From Octopus sinensis (Eukaryota): DNA of 64,000 bases. Location: positions 119,846,001-119,910,000 of the forward strand of contig NC_042998.1 of NCBI RefSeq assembly GCF_006345805.1, given 5' to 3'. The notes below the pieces were generated by a model. It had not been told where the DNA came from, did not search any database, and saw only the letters and a list, made by a program, of their open reading frames with translations. Within the stretch, counting starts at the first letter, position 1. Every line of letters starts with the position of its first letter. Shown here piece after piece: positions 23,276 through 34,399 of this stretch. A program made the translations under genes and the position numbers.

Positions 23276-23669
23276 TTCTATCAATTATGGAAATTGCATT
23301 CCATAGTAGTATATAACTTCCTTTTCATACTGGGTTCTGACTTTAACATTTTCTACTCATTTTTAAAATTTATCTCTTTTCAGCTTAAACTAAGCATTTT
23401 CGCTCTCTCCTTATCTCCTAGCATAAAGCTGCCCACCCCATGTCTCAAGTTTTGTAGTCTTGTGAATTGTATGGTGACCTCACTAGAGCTAGTGCTATGA
23501 AGAAAAAGCACTTAGTAAATGTTGTAATAGGAAGGGTATCCAATCATAGAATTCATGCAAAAGCAGACACTGGAGCATGATGCAATTCTTGGACCAATCA
23601 GATCCTGTCAAACTGTTCACCCTGTGCTAGCATGGAACTTGGACATTAAATGATGTTGATGATGATAGT

Positions 23670-24450
23670 AAGACTCTGATGTTCTGTTCTGACTTTGTAA
23701 AGCTTCTCAGCTTCTCCTTTACATGACCTTTTGCAAACACATTGACTGTTATAGATGTAGTTCTTATGTTTTAGCCATCCCTGAGTTAGTTTAATTTTGG
23801 AGAGAAATCTGTGAAATGTGATTTTACTTTTGAACACAATTCTGATGTAATATATGTTAGTTTGTCTGAATTTTCACAGTTAATTCCTTACAGTAATTCT
23901 TTGTTTTGGTCTCTGCTTTCTGCTTGCAATTAATTATAGATCTAATACAATAGGCTGGGTATTTGTTATTCAAGAATGCATTTTCAATTGATCTATTTCC
24001 TTTATATAATGTTGTTGGCATTTGGCAATATCTGTAACAGTGAACGCGACTCATAATTTATGTAGTTTAGTGGAAGCTGATTTTCAATACACTAATCTTC
24101 TAAACACCGTTTCTGTTCTTGTTGCCAGCATATTAATGAGTGGCAGTTGGTTGATGCTTTCCTTTTACAGGATAAATTTTATTGATGTACGTAATGTGAT
24201 CAATAAGAACTTGGATATCCTCCTCATAATTCTATCAGAGAGAAAAGGTGTTAAACACATATTTTTATTAAATTCTCGAGTTTCAGTACATATTAGAACT
24301 AAGTTTTCAAAGTTCTTTGCTTAGATGATTGCCATTACTGATGAGAGTGGTTAAGCAGTAGCCATCATTTACACTTAGATGATCTTGACTGCATATCCCA
24401 AGTCAACACAATCTCACATACATTTAAGAAAATTAAGGCATTCTACATCA
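23670..24450 (-). mobile_element. Decayed Penelope-like element (RT C-terminus plus GIY-YIG endonuclease)
   Basis: Minus-strand LNNKYPAYCIRSII and KNYIYNSQCVCKRSCKGE...RTEH resemble the NGYP and GIY-YIG motifs. Confidence 0.55.
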
Positions 24451-25283
24451 GAAAGCTATGAATTAATGATATGGTGGTCTTAAACACCTGAAAACCTTTT
24501 ACCTTAAAGAACAACTCAGACAGAACACAAAGGACTTTAAATGTGTTGCTTTGTTATCTTAAGAATTCAGTGTAACAGCACATACACTGAAATGACATCA
24601 ACAAATTAATCTGAATATTATAACCCAGAAGACAAGAAAGTGCTGGGTTATCCCAGCAAATAAACAAAGGGCAAAAAAAAAAATACAGTAATGCATTTAG
24701 TCTGGGTCTTTATTTAACTGAATTATATAAAAAAATGTAACCAAGTCAAAGAAATGCTATTTTGATAATGCAAGCCAACAAGATCACTTAACTTGCCAAA
24801 TTATAAATTAGTATCTTCAATACAAAAGGATGCACATTGGAGAATGTATCTCTGAATGTACAAAAAGATGGGATAAAGCTGGAACACCTTTGATTATATG
24901 CAGGTTTGCACAATCAGAGCTGACTTGGAGCTGAATAACAATACTATTCAGTTTATCTCATCTTGACATATTTTATTAATTCAGCTAATCAAAATATTTT
25001 GCAAAGAAGGTTAAGGTTACGGGTAGATAACAGATGAAAAGATAAGCACATTTTTGATTTGAGATTAATATTAATAAATCTCAACAAAATCCAGCATGAT
25101 AATTTTGCCAAAGTATATACAATAAAAGACATGTTTACATTTTAAATAAGGAGAGAATAAAAATGTGAGGAGCTTGTTGGATATGAGCCTAGTTCTCTTT
25201 GTTGGCACCTCAGTTTTAACATGTTGACCAAATTTTTGTTTCTCAGAAAAATCTTGAAGCTAGAGAGAATATCACAGCATATT

Positions 25284-25358
25284 TTATCCTGGAATAGTCA
25301 GTCTGAAAGTAAGGTTAATCCTGGCTCCACGCTCATGGTACTCTTTTGGAACTCGATG
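25284..25358 (-). CDS. ALKBH3: ALKBH3 last coding exon (HRVPKEYHERGARINLTFRLTIPG*)
   Basis: ttttcag acceptor, phase 0; distal His and both Arg residues; TAA stop. Confidence 0.96.
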   Translation of the reverse strand, partial: HRVPKEYHERGARINLTFRLTIPG

Positions 25359-25564
25359 CTGAAAAAGAACAATGAGAATACATAGTAAGAACAACAATGA
25401 ATATTTAAAACATAAGTCAGTTTGGTTTAGGATGTTACCCAAACTAGTTGAGTACATCTTGTGGAGTCGCAAAAGTCCTGCATGTTCTATATATACATTT
25501 TTAATAGCTTAGTCAGAAAAGAACAGATATTGCTCATGGATCTTTACACCAACACCACTGCCAC

Positions 25565-26790
25565 CACCATCATTTAACATCCATTGTCCATGCTGGCATG
25601 GGTTGGATGGTTGACCGGGCTGGCATGCTGGAAGGCTGCACCAGACTCCAGTCTGATTTGACATGGTTTTCTATGGCTGGATGCCCTTCCTAATGCCATC
25701 CACTCTAGGAGTGTAATGGAGTGCTTTTACGTGCCACCAGTATGGGTGCCATTTGTGTGACACCAGGGTGCGTTTATGTGACACCGGCAGCCAATTTGCA
25801 TGACACTGGTATCTGCCATAACTACGATTTTGCTTGGCTTGATAGGTCGTCTTCTCAAACATGACATAATGCCAAAGGTCTTGGTCATTGCCTCTGTGAG
25901 GCCCAACACTCAAAAGGAACACAGCCACTTTGCCTCCGTGAGGCCCAATGCTCAAAAGGAGCTCAGCCACTTTGTCTCTGTTAAGCCCAATGCTCAAGAG
26001 GAACTCAGCCACTTTGCCTCTGTGAGATCCAATGTTCAAAAGATGTTCTTTACATACCACCAGCATGGGTGCACTTGGCTTTACGGGTCCTCTCAAACAC
26101 AGCACATTGTCAAAGTTCTCGGTTACCAGTTATTGCCTTTGTGAGGCTCAAAGTTCGAAGTTCATGCTTCACCATCTCATCTCATGTCTTCCTGTTAGAG
26201 AGTGTCACTTCTTTACACAGCTGTTCTCGTCCATATGCATCACATGATCATACCAGTGCAGTCATCTCTCTTGCACACCACATCTGATTCTCCTTATACC
26301 TAACTTTTCTCTCAAGATGCTTACACTCTGCCAAAGATGCACACTGACATTGCACATCCAGCGAAGCATACTGGCTTCATTTCTTTTAAGCTTACGCATG
26401 TCCTCGGCTGTCATAGCCCATGTTTCACTGCCATGTAGCATAGCTATTTGCACACAGGCATCAAACAATCTGTCTTTCACTCTGAGAGAGAGGACCTTTG
26501 TTGCCACCAGGAGTAGGAGCTCTCTGAACTTTGCCCAGCCTAATCTTATTCTCACAGATACACACTCAGAGCATCCACCTCCACTATTAACTTGGTCACC
26601 TAGATAACAGAAGCTATCTACTTGCTTCCCTGGTAGTTGATGGAGTCTATTTTCTGTGCACTTTCAGCGTTTATTGTACCTGTGCACCTACCACATACAA
26701 AAGTTAGTTTCTCTGTTAATCTTCCTCTGATGTTGCGGCACCTTTTATGTGTCCAAAGCTTACATTGGGTGCATCTTATAGAGTTTCTAC
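25565..26790 (-). mobile_element. RTE LINE 3' fragment in the ALKBH3 last intron, with a 42-bp tandem array
   Basis: WAKFRELLLLV, LHGSETWAMT, (ATC)n tail. Confidence 0.88.
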
Positions 26791-27348
26791 CTACGCCTTT
26801 CTATAGATTGAGTAGGGCCATCTACCTGAAGGGATTTGTGATTTGTCTGCCTTCCTACTTACTATGACTTTCTAAATTGGTGGATTGAAGGAAGTTATCC
26901 TCAAACTGGAGACCTGGTCCAAATGATTCTAACAGGCTGGACATTGATAAAGGTACCCATGATCTAGGTGATAGAATTTATCATTCAATAACAGTTACAA
27001 TCAATCTGATATGTTGACACAGTTTCTATTTACACAATTTCACTCACAAAGATTGGTTCATTTAGAGGCAATGGTCGGAAACATTTGCTCAAGATTACTG
27101 CAGCCATGGGATCAAGCCTGGCCAACTTCTTAACCCATTGGTCATGCCTCTGCTTTTAAGATGTTCTAATATTCATGCTTTTCTCAAATATGTTAGTGAT
27201 TCAAATGATATAAAATGATTACAACTAGGATTGAAAACAGCTGATAGATTGTACTTACAAAAAGCTAACTTCTACTGTTTTGACCAAAGAGTAAATTGCT
27301 ATAATATTATGGTTAAATGTTTAGAACATTTCAGTGGTTAATTCTTAC

Positions 27349-27447
27349 CTGCCAATCATGTTGTAAAGCTCCTTCCATAGTGAGAAGACAACCATTAGTA
27401 ACTGGTACATTTACATGTTCCATATAGGTATAATCTCCATTTTCTTC
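27349..27447 (-). CDS. ALKBH3: ALKBH3 exon (EENGDYTYMEHVNVPVTNGCLLTMEGALQHDWQ)
   Basis: 99 nt; cttag|GAA...CAG|gtaaga; not in the ORF track. Confidence 0.96.
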
Positions 27448-28096
27448 CTAAGAAATAACAGAGAAATTTTGTAGAAATTCAATTATGTCTTGCATATAAT
27501 AAGCATACATTTTTAATGTAACTGAGTGCCCTTCCTATCACTAATGAACATTCAACTGTTAAGATGGCAATACTGTCTGCACTTGTTGATTTAATCTAAA
27601 ATGGAGCAAGAATTATGTACCTTTTAAAAAGACACAACACAATGACAGTAGGAGTAAGATCTGAACTTATGACTGTAATCACTATGGTTAATCACCTCAA
27701 CTTACAGCTGCTGTGTCTTACAGGGCGATTTAAAAGTCTCTTTAGTACATATGTTTGGGCAATGTTGTGAGTTCAATTCGTGGAATGGACACATTATGTC
27801 CTTGAACAAAGCACTTCATTTCACATTGTTCCAGTGAAGTCAGCTAAAATGAATATCTGCTGAGTGCTGGTATAGCTCTTTTCCACTTCAGCAGTTACAC
27901 GGGAGGGCCAAATGGATGTCTATGTCAATTCAAGGCTACATAGATACCAAAAACAATTAGTAAAAGCATGGTACATACAACCAAGTTGTCCTTGATTTTG
28001 AGTGACATCCATAATGTATATATTTATGTATGTGTGTGTGTATGAAATAAAAAGTGAAAACTTCAAATATCACTTAAAAGCTGAAGGGACTTCTGA

Positions 28097-28320
28097 ATCA
28101 TCATCATCATTTAATGTCCATTTTCCATGTTGGTATGGGTTGGATGGCTTGACAGGAACTGAAAGGCTAGGGGCTGCACCAGATTCCATAGTCAGTTTTA
28201 GCCATAGTTTCTATGGCTGGATGCCCTCCCTAATGCCAACCACTTTAGAGTGTACTGGGTGCTTTTTATATGGTATAAGCACCAATGCTTTTTGTGTGGC
28301 ACTAGCACCTGTGCTTGGTA
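28097..28320 (-). mobile_element. RTE-type 3' tail
   Basis: (ATC)n tail and GGCTGGATGCCCTCCCTAATGCCAACC block. Confidence 0.8.
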
Positions 28321-28411
28321 TAGTAATATATTCAAATGACTAATTTAAGAATATATTGTAGTAACTGATACATTGAAATGACTGATGTAATAAGAGAACG
28401 GAAGTACTTAC

Positions 28412-28621
28412 AGGAGGAGGATTTCTCCGAAGTTCAAACATTCTGCCCTCACCAAAAGATAGTGACGCTATAGTAGGTTGATCACCAATGGCAGGATTTT
28501 TGTCTGTGTGCCAACCAACACTATCATGACCATCCCGATAGAGGTTTGCCAACATAGAGTTGAATAAAATGCCCAGAGATTGCTGCAAATGTTCTCGAAT
28601 AGTTTGTAACGTAGGATGCCA
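28412..28621 (-). CDS. ALKBH3: ALKBH3 exon (WHPTLQ...HTDKNPAIG...RRNPPP)
   Basis: 210 nt; tttcag|TGG...CCT|gtaagt; carries the HxD iron ligands. Confidence 0.97.
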
Positions 28622-29097
28622 CTGAAAGAAAATTACAGTCTAAAAGGTCAAACAGTTACCATGTATTGTCATCATCATTTAATGTCCATCTTTTATGTTA
28701 GAATGGTTTGAATGGTTTTTCAAGATCCATTGAGTTAGAGGACCGTGTCATGCTCCACTGTCTGCCTTTCCTAATTCCAAGGCACATCCAGTCATAGATG
28801 TATCCAGTACAGTGTGTACTGGGTGACACCAGCTGCAGTGAGGTTCCCATGTAATTCACAAGAATAAAAATGGACATTAAACAATGATATATATTTTAAG
28901 AATAACTAACAATTTGCAATTTTATATTTGGGGAGAAGTAAAAATGCTTCCCAAGTCCTCAAAGTAGAGTTATAAACTACACACATACAAAGTACACATA
29001 CACACACACGTTTCTGTGTGTGCGCGAGTAAGAAATTCACTTTGCAATCATGTTCAATCCCATTACACAGGACCATGGACTAGTGTCTTCTACTGTA

Positions 29098-29905
29098 GCA
29101 TCATCGTCATCATTTAACGTCCATTTTCCATGTTGGCATGGGTTGGACGGTTTGACTGAGGTCTGGAGAGCCAGTGGCTGCACCAGGCTCCAATCTGATC
29201 TAGCAATGTTTCTACAGCAGCATGTCCTTCCTAACGCTAACCACTCCAAGAGTATAGTGGGCGCTTTTTACGTACCACCGGCACAGGAGCCAGTCATGTG
29301 GGTCTAGTATCGATCATGTTTGGCTAGTGCATTTTACATGTCACCAGCATGGGAGCCAGTCAGTGGGTACTAGCATTAGCCACATTCGGATGGTGCGTTT
29401 TATGTGTCACCAGCATGGGTGCCAGTCAAGAGACACTGGTATCGACCACGTTGGGATGATGCATTATACATGCTACCGAAACAGGAGCCAGTCAGTAGGC
29501 ACTGGCCACAGCTACGATTTTGGTTTTACTTAGCAGGTATTCTCAAGCATATCATATTGCCCAACGCATCAAGGGTACTCTTAAATGGGCTGGACATGCA
29601 ACACTGGCATCAGCCATGACTGAGATCTCACTTTAGTTGCTGGATCTTCTCAATCACAGCATATCTCCAAAGGTCTTGGTCTCCTGTCATTGCCTCTGTG
29701 AGGCCCAATGTTAGAGTCATGCTTCACCACCTCATCCCATGTCTTCCTTTTCCACAGGTTCCTTCCACAGTTAGGGTGTGGCACTTCCTCACACAACTGT
29801 CCTCATCCATATGTAACACATGACCATACCAGCGCAGTTGTCTCTCTTGCACACCACATTTGATGCTTCTTATGCCCTACTTTTCTCTCAGGGCACTTAC
29901 ACTCT
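29098..29905 (-). mobile_element. RTE LINE 3' fragment with about 5 internal 3' UTR repeat units
   Basis: (ATC)n tail; repeated gtgc-tttta-y-gtgcc units; ORF2 C-terminal remnant. Confidence 0.85.
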
Positions 29906-30289
29906 ATCTGGATTGAAACTCAAGTGTCAGGGTAACTACTAGAGTTTTCTGTGTGCTTGCATGACAAAATTCATTGAGGTAGGTTTTCTATGACCAGATG
30001 CTTTCCCTGTTGCCAACCCTCACCTATTTCCAAGCAATTTAATATTTCCCCATGACCAAACATACTTACATAGAAGATAGAAAACAAATAGCACTGTGTG
30101 TGTATGATGGTGACATTCATTTACAATTATTGCATGATGTCATGACATGGAGATACTAACACATAATCATATATATGCATGTGATGGCTTCTTTCATCAA
30201 TAACTACTTCCTCCAAATGCACAGACACAGCTTAAGAATTTCTTTTAGCTGTGTACCTAGTGCAAAAAAAATCTTAGTAGGTAGGCACA

Positions 30290-30720
30290 TAAATGAAACT
30301 GAGGCAAGAAGCTCATGCAAGACAATATTGCAGGTCAATTAAATAGCTAATGTAATGCAGAGACAATTGTATATGAGGCAAGGTGATGTCAAAGGATCTC
30401 AGTGGACAGATGGACGTGTGGGAATATGTGGATGTGACAAAAAGATCCCATCAGGACCAAATTTAGCAACCATAAATTCTTGTTTAATATCCAGGAAGTA
30501 AAATGATACAGCCCTAGCAAGGCACATATAACTGTTGAAAGAAAGTGTTGTGAATTATAGCATCAAGTGGGAAATACTGGTTAGATGATAACCTTATTTC
30601 AATTGTAATGAGAAGTGCAGGCTCTGCTTGGCAGAGAAAAGAATTCCACTAAAGAATTTGCTTTACCCAGATCCCTATTTAAACTGCAAAAGCAAAATTT
30701 CTGATCCTGCCCTCATGAGT
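30290..30720 (+). mobile_element. Decayed Penelope-like GIY-YIG endonuclease fragment
   Basis: IVYEA...EYV...NHKF...TALARHI*LLKE...YSIKWEIL...PYFNCNEKCRLCLAEK. Confidence 0.7.
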
Positions 30721-31421
30721 GTAGATATGTAATTAGATGCTGATGGATTGAGTGAAGTCTTGCTCACAAGGCAATGGCTTTTGTTTCAATGTAGTCTAGA
30801 ATGTTTTTGCGGCACCATTCCAGATATGAGTGTAGATATGTAATTGGATATTGGAGGACTGAATATAAATATTAGAGCTTTGCAACACCCAGCTTATTAT
30901 GTACAAACACACATACATGTCCACATATGAGTTTAAGATTGTTCTTCCTCATCCACACTCTCCCCTCACACACACAACACTATCCTGCCTGCATTCCACT
31001 CTACAGGCATTTACCTTATACACTGGAATGGTAGTCTAATTCAAGGGGCATAACTCTAATGAACAAAAAAAACTTTTTTTTTTTTAAATTCCTGTTTTTA
31101 TGACACCCACAAACTGAATGTGACACTATACTTTCCAGTGGAAAAACGTGCCACCATAATTTTTCCTACTTCTTATGAGTGTAGAGAATGGTTTTACTAA
31201 ACTCTCATAAATAAAATCAACTGGTAAAATCAGCTGAAATGGATCTATAACACTGTATTGTATAAATATTAATATACACACACTATTGACAAATATACGA
31301 AATCCTGTTTATTCTGACTCATGGATTCTTAGATGACTATAATTTTAACACACATACTCTCTATATATTAGAAATATTAAATTTCTAAATGTCTCAAAGA
31401 GACATGAGCGGTGGTGGAGCG

Positions 31422-31658
31422 ATAGAGTGGTTGTATACTGTCAACATAACATGACAGTCCTGTAAGGGAATTACACCACCGCTATTTAGCCCTAGGAAGC
31501 ATCAACGCTTCCTGTCAGCTTTGACACATTTCCTGTGTCGGACACAGGAAACGTGTCAAAGCCGACAGGAAGCGTCGATGCTTCCTAGGGCTAAACAGCA
31601 GTGGTGTAATTCCTTTACGGGACTGTCATGTTATGTTGACAGTATACAACCTCTCTAT
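31422..31658. repeat. Long palindrome / hairpin (MITE-like)
   Basis: 31429-31539 is the reverse complement of 31541-31651 with 7 transitions; 1-nt loop at 31540. Confidence 0.97.
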
Positions 31659-32308
31659 ATATTGTTATATAGAAAGTAGTACGTAATATGGGGATATTTG
31701 GTTGCCTAACAAGTGGAAGGGTGATAACCATTTGTGATGGAACGGAATAGTTTTGTGTTGGGATAAAATAATTATACATGAAATTCAAAGGTCACAATAA
31801 AATGAGGACACTTCAGTAATTACCTCCTTCTACAAATTTCTGGCTTGTGCTAAAGTTGGAAATAACTATTTACTATTAGAATAGTGGAATTTATAAGACA
31901 TAACCATGTAGTTATGAAGTTTGCTTCACAGTCAAATGGCTATAAATTTGATCCCAGAGCGTAGCACATTGGACAAATGTCTTCTACCATAGCTTTATAT
32001 TGACCCATTTTCTTTCCTCCAACAGCCACAAAAGCACTGCAAAATGTCATAGGCACTGCTCTTCCACCTCTTACTAAGCGATTAAAAAGGACACATCATT
32101 TAAATGTTTCTGATTAAAATGCTGCGAGAATGAACTTGGCCTTTGATCCTTTTAAGGAAGTGTTAGTGATGTACTGTGACTAAATGCATAGCCATGTGTC
32201 AATGTTAGATATCATAATTAGAAGTAAACTTTCAGTAGATAAAAATCAGTCTGGTCTTTGCTGATATTAGTTATTTAATTAATGTGAATATTAATTAAAT
32301 AACTAATA

Positions 32309-32697
32309 GGTGTAGGAGTGGCTGTGTGGTAAGTAGCTTGCTTACCAACCACATGGTTCTGGATTCAGTTCCAATGCGGAGCACCTTGGGCAAGTGTCTT
32401 CTACTATAGCCTCGGGCCAATCAAAGCCTTGTGAGTGGATTTGGTAGACGGAAACTCTACCAAGCCCGTCATATATATGATTGTGTGTATATGTTTGTGT
32501 GTCTGTGCTTGTCCCTCCAACATCGCCTGACAACTGATGCTGGTGTGTTTACGTCCCCGTAACTTAGCGGTTCAGCCAAAGAGACTGATAGAATAAGTAC
32601 TAGGCTTACAAAGAATAAGTCCTGGGGTCGATTTGCTTGACTAAAGGCGGTGCTCCAGCATGGCCACAGTCACATGACTGAAACAAGTAAAAGAGTA
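32309..32697 (+). mobile_element. Full-length tRNA-derived SINE, family A, antisense in an ALKBH3 intron
   Basis: tRNA-like head, central (TG)-rich part, and 3' end gactgaaacaagtaaaagagta. Confidence 0.9.
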
Positions 32698-32702
32698 TTA
32701 AC

Positions 32703-32898
32703 CTTGGCATTGGGTTGATGAGTTTGTCCTGAGTAACTGTAGGGTAAATCTCCATACCAAGCTGTCAGACGGGGTTGCAGAAATTTGGAGCCATTTGGTA
32801 ATACATCACTTGCTTGTTTCCACGGAAGATCATGGAGGAGAGTTCTGAATATCCTATCTGCTTCTTTCTCTTCAATAAAACTGGGGAAGAAACGAATC
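32703..32898 (-). CDS. ALKBH3: ALKBH3 exon (RIRFFPSF...QPRLTAWYGDLPYSYSGQTHQPNAK)
   Basis: 196 nt; ttctag|G...AAG|gttaat. Confidence 0.96.
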
Positions 32899-33483
32899 CT
32901 AGAACACAAGTTTAAAAATTGCATCAATTGAATTATAAAGTAGTTAAACTACAGCTTTAAAAAGACAAGATATTTTCATCACCAGCTAACTGCTTGAAAA
33001 TAAGCAGGAGAATAAAATAATGCACTCATGTTTTTCTTCACTGATGTTATCAATGTATAAGGACTTCATTCCGAAAAACATGAGAAATTGAAAGATTAGT
33101 TTTGTTACGGTTTAGTCAAAGGAGGAAGAGTTGTGGTCTTTTTATAAGGTTTCTGAAAGAAAGCACTTATCATAAGTTATTCTCAGACCAGAGACCTCTG
33201 CTTTAACTGCACTCCTAGCCCTTAGGTTCTTGTAAAGGTACCTAAGGGCCAAGAATGTAATTAAACAGGACAATGGATTAAGTCTCCCACTCAAGATTAG
33301 GTATGTTTCTTCAACAGGCTTCACTCAGTTTCTGTCAACTCAATTTGGTCTGGGTTGTTTTGAGGTTTTGGTTTAATATGCTTACCCAAGGTGTCACACA
33401 GTGGGATTAAACCTGAAACCACATAATTGTTATGCCATGTGACCCTACCGTTTGTTTACTTGTATCAAATTAGTGAAACTCAC

Positions 33484-33531
33484 CTTGACACACCATTTTC
33501 ACTGGCACTAATATCATGTATTCCATGTTCT
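33484..33531 (-). CDS. ALKBH3: ALKBH3 48-nt exon (EHGIHDISASENGVSR)
   Basis: tttgcag|A...AG|gtgagt; phase 2-2; similar to human EGVYEISLSPTGVSR. Confidence 0.93.
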
Positions 33532-33724
33532 CTGCAAATATAAAAGACACATGTAGATTATATTCCTAATCTGGTGAGTCACTGGACACCAATGAAGATT
33601 ATTTGTTTCTAGGGAGTTCTTTGTTTTCATGGTTTAACCAGGAGAAAGGGGGCAGTATCTACATTCACTGTAAGCTTTTTGACAATGGTCAAAATGACTA
33701 ACTAGTTAAAGTGATACAGTCTGA

Positions 33725-34330
33725 ATACCTAAAGGGAAAATGTGGGAATGGAATTCCAGAGCATTGAGGATCTGGGGAAAGTGAAAGAAAGGATTGTGTA
33801 AAAGAGTTAGTATGGGATATTTGAGTTGAGACACAGTATGGGCGATGAGTAGAAGTAGATAGTCATGTTGGATTAACATGAATGAAGAAGGTGCACAACT
33901 AGTTTAGAAGAGTGAAAGATGTGGTAATAGAGATAGGACAGCTAGAGTAAAGAAACAGTATAATCTGTGGGACAGAGGTGTGTAGATGAGTGAGTTCTTG
34001 CTGACGAGTCAGTGGCTTTTGTTTGAATGTAGCCTAAAATATTTTTGCTACACCATTCCAAATATGCTAGCAGTATTCCTTTGTTCCAGTTATGTTATGT
34101 GAGGCTGGCAGGAAAGATAATCAGAGCATGTGAGGTATGTTTGTAGTTGTAAGAAACAGGAACTGTATATAATGGAAAAGTATTTCTTTAAACCAGCAGG
34201 TTGCATGATTACCTCGAGGCTTCTTTGTTGGCTCAGTCTTTTGCATGGGTTCAAGGGATTTGAAGGATTTATGCTTTAAGTGAATGAGAGATGAATAAAA
34301 TGCTAGACCATTGTAGGTAAAATTCTGGTA
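33725..34330 (-). mobile_element. Old LINE (Jockey/CR1-like) 3' remnant; related remnants at about 41290-41595 (+) and 58690-58885 (-)
   Basis: Decayed similarity to HPYxV...NSFFPRT..LWNSLP..FP. Confidence 0.45.
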
Positions 34331-34399
34331 GATATTTACAGTTAATACAGAAGAAAATAGTCTCTCCCTCTGATGATTAACTTGAGATCAAGAAAGGCT

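Noticed and set aside
25890-26041. Regular repeats as a possible CRISPR-like array
   Set aside because: The units are contiguous with no unique spacers, and they lie within a eukaryotic RTE copy.
32309-33440. Inverted SINE pair flanking the 196-nt ALKBH3 exon
   Set aside because: The antisense copy at about 33310-33440 is too degenerate (roughly two-thirds identity by eye) to support a stable duplex.
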